From contig VXRG01000039.1 of assembly GCA_009838625.1 (NCBI GenBank), forward strand, positions 401 to 64,400: a stretch of DNA of 64,000 nucleotides, read 5' to 3'. This stretch comes from Caldilineaceae bacterium SB0664_bin_27 (GTDB lineage Bacteria; Chloroflexota; Anaerolineae; Caldilineales; Caldilineaceae). Under the pieces are notes generated by a model. The model saw only the letters and a list, made by a program, of their open reading frames with translations. It was not told the DNA's origin and searched no databases. Below are positions 28,380 to 38,183 of the stretch, piece after piece. Both the position numbers and the translations under genes were made by a program. Positions within the stretch are counted from its first letter, which is position 1. Each line of letters opens with the position of its first letter.

Positions 28380-28494
28380 CGGCAACACCGGTTGCCAGCT
28401 TCCAGCGGTTCGCACCCAGTGGGTAGTTCAGGAGCGAACCACTTTTCATAGGCGTAAACGGCCCCGTTTGGACCCCGCTGCGAAGGCCGGGCCG

Positions 28495-28896
28495 CTATCC
28501 ACCGGCCATGGCGGATCGGATGAAAGCGATGATTTCGGTTGAGGTAGTGCCAGGGCCGAAGACCGCGTGGACGCCGGCAGCCTTGAGCTGGGCAGCATCC
28601 TCATCAGGAATGATCCCGCCCAACAGCACCAGCACATCCTCCTGGCCTTGGGCATGGAGCAGCTCGACCACCTTGGGGCAGAGCGTCATATGCGCGCCGC
28701 TGAGGATCGACAGGCCGACGACATCCACATCCTCCTGCAATGCGGCTTCGGCGATCATCTGGGGCGTCTGGCGAATTCCCGTGTAAATCACCTCGAATCC
28801 GGCGTCTCGCAACGCCCTGGCGATCACCTTGGCGCCGCGGTCGTGGCCGTCCAGACCCGGCTTGGCGATCAGTACGCGTATCTGACTTTGCTTCAT
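28495..28896 (-). CDS. cobalamin-binding small subunit/domain of methylmalonyl-CoA (or related acyl-CoA) mutase
   Basis: [19 protein letters not shown] contains the DxHxxG B12-binding motif, followed by GLSILSGAH and VLLGGIIP. Confidence 0.85.
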   Translation of the reverse strand: MKQSQIRVLIAKPGLDGHDRGAKVIARALRDAGFEVIYTGIRQTPQMIAEAALQEDVDVVGLSILSGAHMTLCPKVVELLHAQGQEDVLVLLGGIIPDEDAAQLKAAGVHAVFGPGTTSTEIIAFIRSAMAGG

Positions 28897-29059
28897 CGAA
28901 ATCCCATGCCAAAAGCTTGAGCGATAGTGGCTTTTCCCGTCGGAACTATGTTAAAATACCGGCCGCGCATCGTCAAAACCGGTGTCAGAAATGCCTGTCG
29001 AAAGTGAACTGTGATCAGTAGTCAGAAGGTGCACGAACTGCCGCAGTTTTGGAGGCTGT

Positions 29060-30289
29060 ATGCTCTACCCGACAACCGAACGCCAGCAGCGCTTTATCGA
29101 TGTGGCAAGCAGCTTGCTCCCTGCATTCCGCGAGCGGGCCGCCCAGCACGACCGCGACGGATCCTTCCCACACGAAAACTTCGTCGACATTCGCCGTGTC
29201 GGTCTGCCCGCCCTGGTCGTCCCGCAGGAGTTCGGCGGCTGGGGCGCCAACCTGCTCGAGTCGACACTGACAATGGAGACGCTGGCACAGGGAGACGGCA
29301 GCACGGGGCTCAGCTTTGTAATGCACGTTCAGGTCATAGGGGGCGTTGCCGCATCTCTTGAAGGAACCGCCGTCGAGCCGGACCGCGGCGGCTGGTCCCA
29401 GGCGCTCTTCGCCCAGATTTGCCGCGACGCTGTTGAGCGCGGCGCGCTCATCAACTCCGTCGCCACTGAGCCGAATCTGGGTAGCCCCAGTCGCGGCGGC
29501 CTGCCCGAAACCACCGCCGAACCGGTCCGGGAGAATGGCAAGGACGCCTGGCTCATCAACGGGCTCAAGACCTTCGCCAGCCTCAGCCCCGAAATGGACT
29601 ATTTTATCATTCCTGCGGCCCTGCAGGACGGCAGCGGTCATGTCGCCCGTTTCGTCATCCCGGCTGGCCCCCACTTCGAAATCATCGAAACCTGGGACTC
29701 TTTCGGGATGCGCGCCACCGGCAGCCACGACCTGAAAATCGTGAACGCCCGCGTGACCGACGAGCAGATGATCGGGCGCGGCGCGCCCAGCCCCCGCACT
29801 ACCGGCAAGGCCCCGGCCAATGCCTGGTTCATCTGCACCGTCAGCGCCGTTTACCTCGGCGTGGCCCAGGCCGCACTCGACTTCGCCGCCGATTACGCCG
29901 CGAAACGCGTGCCCACCGCCCTTGGCAAACCGATCGCCGAACTGGAAAGCATTCAGCGCCGTCTCGGTCAGGCCGAACTGCTGCTGCTCCAGGCCAGGGC
30001 GCTCCTCTACAACACGGCCCGGGACTGGGATCAGCTCAACGCTCGACGGAATGAACTCGCTCCCGCAGTGCTCGCCGCAAAGTATACCGTCACCAATAAT
30101 GCCATCGAGGCCGTCGATCACGCGGTGCGCGTGGTGGGCGGGGCGGCCATGTCCCGCAGCCTGCCACTTGAGCGCTATCTGCGCGATGTCCGTCCCGGCC
30201 TCTTCCATCCCTTGAACGACGACCAGGCGCTGACCATCTTCGGACAGAACGCGCTCAAGCGCATCTCGGCTATGGCCGCCAGCCGGTAA
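29060..30289 (+). CDS. acyl-CoA dehydrogenase family protein
   Basis: GGAGG RBS. WLINGLKTFAS, FGMRATGSHDL, YLGVAQAALD, RYLRD are typical ACAD blocks. Confidence 0.8.
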   Translation: MLYPTTERQQRFIDVASSLLPAFRERAAQHDRDGSFPHENFVDIRRVGLPALVVPQEFGGWGANLLESTLTMETLAQGDGSTGLSFVMHVQVIGGVAASLEGTAVEPDRGGWSQALFAQICRDAVERGALINSVATEPNLGSPSRGGLPETTAEPVRENGKDAWLINGLKTFASLSPEMDYFIIPAALQDGSGHVARFVIPAGPHFEIIETWDSFGMRATGSHDLKIVNARVTDEQMIGRGAPSPRTTGKAPANAWFICTVSAVYLGVAQAALDFAADYAAKRVPTALGKPIAELESIQRRLGQAELLLLQARALLYNTARDWDQLNARRNELAPAVLAAKYTVTNNAIEAVDHAVRVVGGAAMSRSLPLERYLRDVRPGLFHPLNDDQALTIFGQNALKRISAMAASR

Positions 30290-30376
30290 TCGGATGTCAG
30301 ACCTGTAACAATAACTTCCTCCGCTGCAGTGGAGGACACTTGCGCCTGTAGAGACCTCTACCAGGGAGACCCAAAT

Positions 30377-31114
30377 ATGAGCCCTGAGTTGGATCCCCGA
30401 CCAACTCGAAGTCCGGTTACCGAAAACGCACCACGCGCCGCTATAGACTCAAATGCAGCAACGGCTTTGCGATATATGGGCCTCGGATTTCTACTCGGTT
30501 TCCTGCTGAGCGCAACTATCTCGGGCGCCCTGATGTGGCTGCTGCGCCGGCCAAGCCCGCCCGCGATTGTACTCCACCCACCACCGACCCCTGCGCCGAC
30601 ACCTACTCTTCCACCTACGGCCACACCTGGTCCATTATTGGTTTTTGTAAGCGGCGGCGTGCGCAATCCCGGCCTGGTCGAACTGCCGGCAGGCGCTCGC
30701 GTCGGCGAGGCCTTGGCCAAAGCGGGGGGACTGCTGCCCGATGCGGATCCGGCGCTGGTGAATCAGGCGGAGACCGTCTTCGACGGCGCGCAGATTCATG
30801 TTCCTCTGCCGCAGACCGTCACAGGCTCGTCATCGGCGGTGTCGCCTGCCAATCAGCCTCAGGCTGGCGTCTCGGGAGACGGTCCGCCAGCTGCCGCCTC
30901 TCCCTCAGGGCAAGGCCACTCGACGGCCGGCGGACTGGTCAACATCAACACCGCCTCAGCCGAGGAGCTCACGAGTCTGCCAGGCATCGGCACCGTCAAA
31001 GCTGACGCCATCATCGCCAGCCGTCCCTACGATTCTGTCGATGATCTGGAGCGGGTCACCGGCATCGGCCCCGGCACTGTCGAGAAGCTTACGCCCCTGG
31101 TCACTACGAAGTAG
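30377..31114 (+). CDS. comEA: ComEA-like DNA-binding protein (TM anchor, SLBB domain, tandem helix-hairpin-helix)
   Basis: VNINTASAEELTSLPGIGTVKADAIIASRP...LERVTGIGPGTVEKL, with SLBB-like VFVSGGVRNPGLVELPAGARV. Start at MSPELD is preferred. Confidence 0.75.
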   Translation: MSPELDPRPTRSPVTENAPRAAIDSNAATALRYMGLGFLLGFLLSATISGALMWLLRRPSPPAIVLHPPPTPAPTPTLPPTATPGPLLVFVSGGVRNPGLVELPAGARVGEALAKAGGLLPDADPALVNQAETVFDGAQIHVPLPQTVTGSSSAVSPANQPQAGVSGDGPPAAASPSGQGHSTAGGLVNINTASAEELTSLPGIGTVKADAIIASRPYDSVDDLERVTGIGPGTVEKLTPLVTTK

Positions 31115-32600
31115 CTTCCCGTTCCTGTCTGTCAGTGGTCTTCGCGACGGGCCGCAAAGAGCCGTTCTTCACCATCTCCCACAAGATAGGCAGAGCGACG
31201 CGGGGACGGAAGAGGGAGGCCGGCGGACTGATCAGATGGGCGACTTTGAAGAAGGTGAGGCAGACATCCGGTCGGTGGATGCGGTCCAGCACATGCTCGA
31301 TATAGCGGTGCATGAAGCGCTCGATGAGGGTAGCGTCCCCGGCTTTCCGTCCTGCCCAGCGAAAGTCATCACTGGTGGCCAGCTGCCATGGGGTCTGAAG
31401 CATCTTCGCCAGTTTTTTCTGAAAGGCCAATCCGGAGTTCCCGAAAGCGGCGCCCTCAAAGCTTCCACGCTTCCGATCCCCTCTCCCCTTCAGGAAGTCG
31501 TCAAGGATTTCCGCCGAGAGCGCGCTCACCGTCATGCCTTGGGCATAGACCGGGTTGAACGCGCAGACCGAATCTCCCAGGGCGATCAGGCCCTGCGGCC
31601 ACCGCTTCAGTCTCTCATAGTGACGCCAGTGGTTCTCGGTGCGCCGGTAGCCCCCGACTTCTGTTAGTGGTTCAGCCGCACTGATCGCCTCCCAAACCTG
31701 CGGTCCGATCAGTCTGCGGGCGAACTCCTCAAAGCCGGCCTCGTCGACCGGCGGGTGGTCTCCGGCATAGCCGACAAGCGTCACGACCCAACGATTGCCT
31801 TCGACCGGCTGAACGACCGCGCCCCCCTTGATGTCGGGGAAGCGGGTGGCGAGCAGCACCATTTTCCAGTCCGCCCGCCAGTTCTCCGGAACCCTGTACC
31901 AGCGCGTGGCGTATCCTACATCGGCATTTACGGTCGACTCCTGCGGAGCCGCATAGCCGAGCTCTTCCAGCCAGCGGGGCAAACGCGAAGAGCGGCCGCT
32001 GGCATCGACGACAAGATCGGCATGCAGGGACACTGTTTCATTTTCCACAGTGCAGACCGCGCCGGTCACGCGTGCTCCGTTCGCACCGACTTTGCTTTCC
32101 CGGCGGCCGCATTCCGGGGTCTGTGCGTAGTCGGTGGTTAGCCCCATCACACGGTGGCCGGTGCGAAACCGGATGTTGCCGCGGCGGCGCAGGCGTTCGC
32201 GTACCTGGTTTTCCAGCAGGGTCCGGCTGACACTAAAACCGAGGAGATTCGAATCGAAGCGAGGTAACCAACTGCCGCCTGCCAGAGCGGCCGTATCCTT
32301 AAGCCAGTTTAGCGGCGGGGCGCCCAGGGCCAGCAACTCCTCCTCCAGGCCGGGAAAACGCTTTCGCAGGACCTGCACGCCCCGCAACAGAAGGACATGC
32401 ACGTGGCGGGTCTGGGGCACGCCGGCCCGGCCAGCTGCTAGCGGCAAGCTTTCCTTGTCTGCAGTGTGACCGGTGGACCGTGACCGGGGACTCCACTCTT
32501 CGTCCCGCTCCAGGACGGTGACCTGCTCGCAATGGTCGGCGAGTACGTTGGCGGCGAATAGTCCCGCCATGCCGCCGCCAACTACAATTGCAGTACTCAA
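31104..32600 (-). CDS. FAD-dependent oxidoreductase / monooxygenase
   Basis: N-terminal Rossmann fold IVVGGGMAGLFAANVLA...VTVLERD. TTG start. Its 3' end overlaps the comEA 3' end by 11 nt. Confidence 0.65.
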   Translation of the reverse strand: MSTAIVVGGGMAGLFAANVLADHCEQVTVLERDEEWSPRSRSTGHTADKESLPLAAGRAGVPQTRHVHVLLLRGVQVLRKRFPGLEEELLALGAPPLNWLKDTAALAGGSWLPRFDSNLLGFSVSRTLLENQVRERLRRRGNIRFRTGHRVMGLTTDYAQTPECGRRESKVGANGARVTGAVCTVENETVSLHADLVVDASGRSSRLPRWLEELGYAAPQESTVNADVGYATRWYRVPENWRADWKMVLLATRFPDIKGGAVVQPVEGNRWVVTLVGYAGDHPPVDEAGFEEFARRLIGPQVWEAISAAEPLTEVGGYRRTENHWRHYERLKRWPQGLIALGDSVCAFNPVYAQGMTVSALSAEILDDFLKGRGDRKRGSFEGAAFGNSGLAFQKKLAKMLQTPWQLATSDDFRWAGRKAGDATLIERFMHRYIEHVLDRIHRPDVCLTFFKVAHLISPPASLFRPRVALPILWEMVKNGSLRPVAKTTDRQEREATS

Positions 32601-32640
32601 CTATCCCACCGATCGCCCGCCGAACAGAACATGCCAGCGG

Positions 32641-34587
32641 TCAACTATTTCCGCCGTGTACGATCCCGGCCCGTGCCAATGCTTCCAGGATCCGCTGCGC
32701 CAGTTCGTCCGCGCTGTGCCGGTCCGTCTCCAGCACCATCTCCGGCTGCACCGGCTCCTCATAGGGGGCCGAGACGCCGGTGAAGTTCGGGATCTCCCCG
32801 CGCTCGGCTCGTTCGTAAAGCCCTTTGGGATCCCTTTCTTTGCAGATTTCTACGTCGCACTTGACGAAGAGTTCCCAAAAACTGCCTTCCGGAGCCAGCG
32901 CCCGCGCCGCCTCCCGGTCCTCCGCGTAGGGCGAAATGAACGTGCACAGCACGATATTGCCATGCTCAAGGGCCAGTCTGGCCACCTCTGCCACCCGGCG
33001 AATATTCTCTGTGCGCGCCTCCGGGCCAAAGCCCAGATCGCTGTTCAGACCATGGCGCACATTGTCCCCGTCCAACGAGAAAGTACGTACACCCAACGCA
33101 AACAACCTCTGTTCCAGGGCCTTTGCCACTGTCGACTTGCCCGAACCGGAGAGCCCAGTGAACCAGAGCACCGCCGCCCCATGCCCGTTCAACTCCTCCC
33201 GCATCGGCCGCGTGACAGCGACCGGCTCCCACACCACGTTGGAGGAACGAGACGCACGGAGAGAGGGCGCCTCTCTCTCTTCCTGCTTCTGCACCAACTC
33301 ACTCACCCGCCGCGCCCTGTCCCGGATCATGCCTGCCGCAACCGTGTTGTTGGTATGGGGGTCGATGAGAATGAAGCTGCCTGTGGCGCGGTTAATCTGA
33401 TACGAATCGAAGAAAAGAGGCTCTGTGGTCACAATCTGCCCGCGGCCGATCTCATTCAGACGCAGTGTTGGCGCTTCTTCACGGTGCATCGTGTCCACAT
33501 TAATGCGGTAGTTCAACTCCTGGACCGAGGCGCGCACACGCCGCGTCGACTGCTGCAACCAGTACCACTGTCCGCTGAAATTATTGGAGACCGACCACTC
33601 TATTTTCATTGGCTCTTCGCTCATCCAGCACAACGTCGCGTCGATCTGATTGGATGAGTGGGGCAGGTTGCGCACCCGCACCAGCATGTCCCCCCGGCTG
33701 ATGTCGATCTCATCCTCGAGCGTTATCACCACGCCGTCGCCGGCAGCTGCCCGATCGCAGCTCTCGTCGCCGCGATGAATTCCCGCCACACGGCTGCGGA
33801 TACCTGCAGGCAGCGCTACCACCTCTTCACCCACCCCAATGCGGCCCGATACGATCTGCCCGGCGAAACCGCGGAAGTCAAGGTCAACGGCACTGTTTGC
33901 CCTGATTACATACTGTATCGGCAGGCGAAAGTCCACGTTGTTGCGACCTGCCCCAATGTTGACCGTCTCCAGGTGGTGTAGAAGCGTTGCGCCGTGGTAC
34001 CAGGGCATGTTTTGGCTCTGGCTCACAATATTGTCCCCGTGCAGCGCGGAGATAGGAATATACACCACGTTTCGCATGTTGAGCTTGGCAGCGAAAGCGC
34101 GGTAGTCACCAACGATCTCCTGGTAGCGCGTCTCGCTGTATTCGACCAGGTCCATCTTGTTGACGGCGACAACGACATGGGGGATCTGCAATAGAGAGGC
34201 GATAAAACTGTGCCGCTTCGACTGCGTGAGGACGCCTTTGCGGGCGTCAACCAATATGATCGCCAGATCCGCCGTGGAGGCGCCGGTCACCATGTTGCGG
34301 GTGTACTGTATGTGCCCGGGCGTGTCGGCGATGATGAACTTGCGTTTGGGCGTCGCAGTGTAACGGTAGGCAACGTCGATCGTAATGCCTTGCTCCCGCT
34401 CCGCTCTCAGCCCGTCGGTCAGCAGCGCCAGGTCGACCGAAGGGTCGCCGCGGGCTGCGCTCGCCTGCTCGACCGCTTCCATCTGGTCTTCGAATATCGC
34501 TTTGGAGTCGTATAACAACCGCCCAATCAAGGTCGACTTGCCGTCATCGACACTGCCGGCGGTGGAGAAGCGTAGTAGGTCCATCAC
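32641..34587 (-). CDS. cysNC: bifunctional sulfate adenylyltransferase subunit 1 / adenylylsulfate kinase (CysN-CysC fusion)
   Basis: GTPase G1 GSVDDGKST, DTPGH and NKMD, plus a C-terminal APS-kinase P-loop FTGLSGSGKST. Confidence 0.9.
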   Translation of the reverse strand: MMDLLRFSTAGSVDDGKSTLIGRLLYDSKAIFEDQMEAVEQASAARGDPSVDLALLTDGLRAEREQGITIDVAYRYTATPKRKFIIADTPGHIQYTRNMVTGASTADLAIILVDARKGVLTQSKRHSFIASLLQIPHVVVAVNKMDLVEYSETRYQEIVGDYRAFAAKLNMRNVVYIPISALHGDNIVSQSQNMPWYHGATLLHHLETVNIGAGRNNVDFRLPIQYVIRANSAVDLDFRGFAGQIVSGRIGVGEEVVALPAGIRSRVAGIHRGDESCDRAAAGDGVVITLEDEIDISRGDMLVRVRNLPHSSNQIDATLCWMSEEPMKIEWSVSNNFSGQWYWLQQSTRRVRASVQELNYRINVDTMHREEAPTLRLNEIGRGQIVTTEPLFFDSYQINRATGSFILIDPHTNNTVAAGMIRDRARRVSELVQKQEEREAPSLRASRSSNVVWEPVAVTRPMREELNGHGAAVLWFTGLSGSGKSTVAKALEQRLFALGVRTFSLDGDNVRHGLNSDLGFGPEARTENIRRVAEVARLALEHGNIVLCTFISPYAEDREAARALAPEGSFWELFVKCDVEICKERDPKGLYERAERGEIPNFTGVSAPYEEPVQPEMVLETDRHSADELAQRILEALARAGIVHGGNS

Positions 34588-34658
34588 TTATCCCAGTGTA
34601 TCGTTTTCAGCAACCAGTGGAAGTAACTTTGACACCGATTGTTCATAAACCCCTGCAG

Positions 34659-35702
34659 CTAAAAATATCCCAGCCGCTTCCTGTCTTCCATCGCGGCCTC
34701 GCTGCGGCGGTCGTCGGCCCGGTCGCCCCTTTCTGTGATGCGTGCGGTCGCGACCTCCTCAATGATGTCCGTCAAAGCACTCGCTGAGGAGCGAAACGCG
34801 CCTGTACAGGTCATGTCGCCGATTGTGCGGAATCGCACAGTTTCACATCTGACTGTTTCCCCCGGCCGCGGTATGACGTAGGCCCCAACCGCCAGCAGAA
34901 TCCCATCCCTGTTTACTATCTCGCGTTCGTGGGCGAAGTAAAGGCTGGGCAGGTCGATCCCCTGCTCGGCGATGTACTGCCAGATATCGAGCTCGGTCCA
35001 GTTGCTGATGGGGAAGACGCGGAAGTGCTCGTTGCTGAGTTTCCGGCCGTTGAAGAGGTTCCACAGTTCCGGCCGCTGGTTCTTGGGATCCCACTGGCCA
35101 AAGCCATCGCGGTGGGAGAAGAAGCGCTCCTTCGCACGCGCCTTCTCTTCATCGCGGCGCGCGCCGCCCAGGGCTGCGTCGATGCGCAGTTCTGCCACCG
35201 CATCCAGCAGTGTAACCGTCTGCAACCGGTTACGGCTGGGATCGCCGTCCGGCTCCTCCTGAACGCGCCCGGCGTCGATCGAATCCTGCACCGAACGCAC
35301 CACCAGGCGTACGCCCAGCTCCTCTACCAGTTCGTCGCGAAAGGCAAGCGTTTCAGGAAAGTTGTGACCGGTGTCGATGTGCAGCAGCGGAAAGGGAATT
35401 CGCCCCGGCGTAAATGCCTTGTGCGCCAGATGCGCGCAGACGATCGAATCTTTGCCGCCGGAAAAGAGGAGACACGGCCGCTCAAACTGCGCCGCAACCT
35501 CCCGCAGCACATAAATCGCTTCCGCCTCAAGTTGACGCAAATGCCCGGTCAGAGGAGTGGACGGCCGCACCTGGGTACGGACGGGCTCACTGGTCGAAGA
35601 TCTGTCTGCCTCCATCTTCTCATCCCCAGCGTTGCTGCGGAGTCCAGCGGCCTCATGTGCTTCTACCGGTTCAGCACCTGCTGGCAGGGTCGTGTCGTCC
35701 AT
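34659..35702 (-). CDS. cysD: sulfate adenylyltransferase subunit 2 CysD (about 50-aa N-terminal extension or later start)
   Basis: LRQLEAEAIYVLREVAAQF, PP-loop FSGGKDS, HIDTGHNFPE. Confidence 0.85.
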   Translation of the reverse strand: MDDTTLPAGAEPVEAHEAAGLRSNAGDEKMEADRSSTSEPVRTQVRPSTPLTGHLRQLEAEAIYVLREVAAQFERPCLLFSGGKDSIVCAHLAHKAFTPGRIPFPLLHIDTGHNFPETLAFRDELVEELGVRLVVRSVQDSIDAGRVQEEPDGDPSRNRLQTVTLLDAVAELRIDAALGGARRDEEKARAKERFFSHRDGFGQWDPKNQRPELWNLFNGRKLSNEHFRVFPISNWTELDIWQYIAEQGIDLPSLYFAHEREIVNRDGILLAVGAYVIPRPGETVRCETVRFRTIGDMTCTGAFRSSASALTDIIEEVATARITERGDRADDRRSEAAMEDRKRLGYF

Positions 35703-36092
35703 GCCGTTCTCTCACCTATAGCGCTTTGTGGTCAATGGCGGGCGCGAAATCTTCTATGCGCTGCCGACCACCGGGGTTGGCCAGTTCCCTTCCAAAGTCC
35801 TCATACTACGATGTAACTAGGCTTTCAGGCAAACTTGACTACCTGGGGCGAATACTGAGCCAACCCGCCGAAACGACTCGTCAGATTAGTACTCTCTTGT
35901 TCCCGCCGTTACAATAGGGCAATCGCTCACTTTCGAGACGAACTGCTTGGCTGCCTTCAATAGCTGCACAGCTGTCGCGGTAGTCGTATAGGCTCTTCAC
36001 ATAGCGACACAGCAGCGCATCGAGCTAGTAGCGCCGGGGGCGCCTCAGGCCCCCAGTTTGTATCACAGTCGGAAGTCCCTCAAGGAGGACCC

Positions 36093-37556
36093 ATGAATTT
36101 GCAAGCCGGACTTTTGCGCCGTACCAGGCAAGTGAATGACGCAGGTAGAGAAAAGAGTGGGTTGCGCCTGAGTCCCCTCACCTTCCTGATCGTCCTCCTT
36201 CTAGTTGTCGCAGGATGTACGACCGATGCCGACGGCAATATCGTCGCCCCCGTCGTTGCCCCTGCGCCCGCCGGCGACTCGCAGCCCAACATGCATCGAG
36301 GTGTCCCTGTCGGCTTTACCGAAGAGGGATACCCCTTCCGCGGCGATCCGAACGCGCCTATCACCATCTATGAATACAGCGACTACGAATGCCCTTTCTG
36401 CGCCCGTCACGTGATCCAGACCGAACCGGCCCTCCTGGCCGCATTTGGCGAGAGCGGCGCCGTGAAATTCGTCTTCCGCGATATGCCCCTCTCCTCGATT
36501 CATTCCAACGCTCTTGCCGCGGCCATCGCCGCCAACTGTATGGCGGAACAGGATATCGTCCTCTTCTGGCAGATGCACGACAGGATCTTCCGGACTCAGA
36601 AAGAATGGGCGCCCCGCGAAGAGGCCCTGTCCTTCTTTGCCGAACTGGCCCAGGAGTTGGGCGCCAACACCACCCAATACGGGTCCTGCATGGCAAATAA
36701 CGAGACCCAGCTGGCAAAGGTGAACGAAAGCCTGGCTGAAGCCCAGTCCTTCGGCTTTACCGGCACGCCCAGTTTCCGCTTCGTGCGTGAAGAGACCGGC
36801 GACGCTTTTTCCCTTTCCGGGGCTCAGCCATACGATACCTTCGACAACTGGATCGGGACGATCGCGGCCGGCCGTACGCCCCAGGGCGCGGCTCAGGCGC
36901 AGCAGCAACAACAACAGCAACAGCAGGGAGACGGCGGATTGCCCTTCTGGGCTACGGCGGAGGGCTTGAAGCCCGACCCGGACCGACCCGGCTTCACTTT
37001 GGCCGGTGACATCTACAAGGGCAGTAGCGACGCCCCGATTGTTGTCGTTGAATTCAGCGACTTCCAATGCCCTTACTGCAGCCGCCACGCCCTGACAACG
37101 CAGCCGGTTCTGGATGAAGAGTTTGTCGCCCGCGGTGAGGTTATGTGGGTATTCAAGCACTTCCCCATCGAGAATATCCATCCCCATGCCTTTTCCGCTT
37201 CGGTCGCGTCCGAGTGCGCGGCCGAACAGGAAGCCTTCTGGCAGTTCCATCATCGCCTCTTCGTCGATATGGATCAGTGGTCTCGCTCCGACAACACCAT
37301 CTACTTCATGGAGTTGGCGGCTGAATACGAGTTGGACACCGACGCCTTTTCAACCTGCCTGGCAGAGGACGCGCCCGCGCAGGCAGTGCAGAGCGATATG
37401 CGAGACGGGGCACCCTTTGTCCGCGGTACCCCCACCTTCGTCGTTCTTGTCGGCGGCGAGGGGCGGCTGATCCCCGGCGCGCTGCCTACAGATCAGTTCA
37501 TGGCCGCACTCTCACAGATGCTCGCCGAGCTTGCCACCACGAACAACGACGGTTAG
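36093..37556 (+). CDS. lipoprotein with two tandem DsbA/thioredoxin-like domains joined by a poly-Gln linker
   Basis: AAGGAGG RBS and lipobox VVAGC. There are two CxxC sites, each in the same context (YSDYECPFCARH and FSDFQCPYCSRH). A Q9 run separates the domains. Confidence 0.8.
   Translation: MNLQAGLLRRTRQVNDAGREKSGLRLSPLTFLIVLLLVVAGCTTDADGNIVAPVVAPAPAGDSQPNMHRGVPVGFTEEGYPFRGDPNAPITIYEYSDYECPFCARHVIQTEPALLAAFGESGAVKFVFRDMPLSSIHSNALAAAIAANCMAEQDIVLFWQMHDRIFRTQKEWAPREEALSFFAELAQELGANTTQYGSCMANNETQLAKVNESLAEAQSFGFTGTPSFRFVREETGDAFSLSGAQPYDTFDNWIGTIAAGRTPQGAAQAQQQQQQQQQGDGGLPFWATAEGLKPDPDRPGFTLAGDIYKGSSDAPIVVVEFSDFQCPYCSRHALTTQPVLDEEFVARGEVMWVFKHFPIENIHPHAFSASVASECAAEQEAFWQFHHRLFVDMDQWSRSDNTIYFMELAAEYELDTDAFSTCLAEDAPAQAVQSDMRDGAPFVRGTPTFVVLVGGEGRLIPGALPTDQFMAALSQMLAELATTNNDG
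36900..36926 (+). repeat. (CAG/CAA)9 trinucleotide tract encoding Gln9
   Basis: cagcagcaacaacaacagcaacagcag read in frame within the DsbA-like gene. Confidence 0.9.
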
Positions 37557-38142
37557 CCGTTTTCTCATCCCTGTCCCCCATTCATCGCCTCCGTTATCGA
37601 CGAATCCCCAGCCCCTGGTGTTCCGTGCCAAGGGCTTTGCAAATGCCTGATTCGTGACGGCGCCTCCAACGCGCAGCTTCAGCGAAGATCACAACTTCAA
37701 ACGAGATCCACAGGCGTAACGTCCGTTGCGGGCGGGTGGGTGTTCACTCCCAATACTGACTGACCGGGTCTGTATTTCATTGGCGGATCGTAGGCAAATC
37801 GCCCAAAAGCAGTGCGCTGGATTCTCGTCGTTAATTATCGCATTTCAGCACTTGCCTGCTGCCCGAAACTCTGAGAAATCTCTGAAGTCAAGAACCCAAA
37901 AGACGCCCGCGGGCCCGGCCTCTCCGCTCACAATTCCAGTGTAACCACCAGTCAACTCTCTCCGAAACGCGCAGCCTGTCCAGGGACGTCTGGCCCTCTG
38001 CCAGGCACCCGGAGTCCAGGCCCCGAAACGGGCCCAGGACTTGGGCCTGCCTCTTTTAATGCCAATCTGCGCTGTGATACAATTTTTAACAGAAAGAAAA
38101 GGAGTCGATGCGCGCGCATTTCGCTCACTGCAAGTCTATGCC

Positions 38143-38172
38143 GCCGAACGCCGCGGGAACAGGGCGTTCGGC
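38143..38172 (+). promoter_or_regulatory. perfect 10-bp stem-loop in the leader of the vWA gene
   Basis: gccgaacgcc (38143-38152) / 10-nt loop / ggcgttcggc (38163-38172). It is flanked by two copies of cgatgcgcgcg (38106-38116 and 38228-38238) and lies downstream of an extended -10-like TGATACAAT (38075-38083). Confidence 0.4.
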
Positions 38173-38183
38173 GCGTTTGACCT

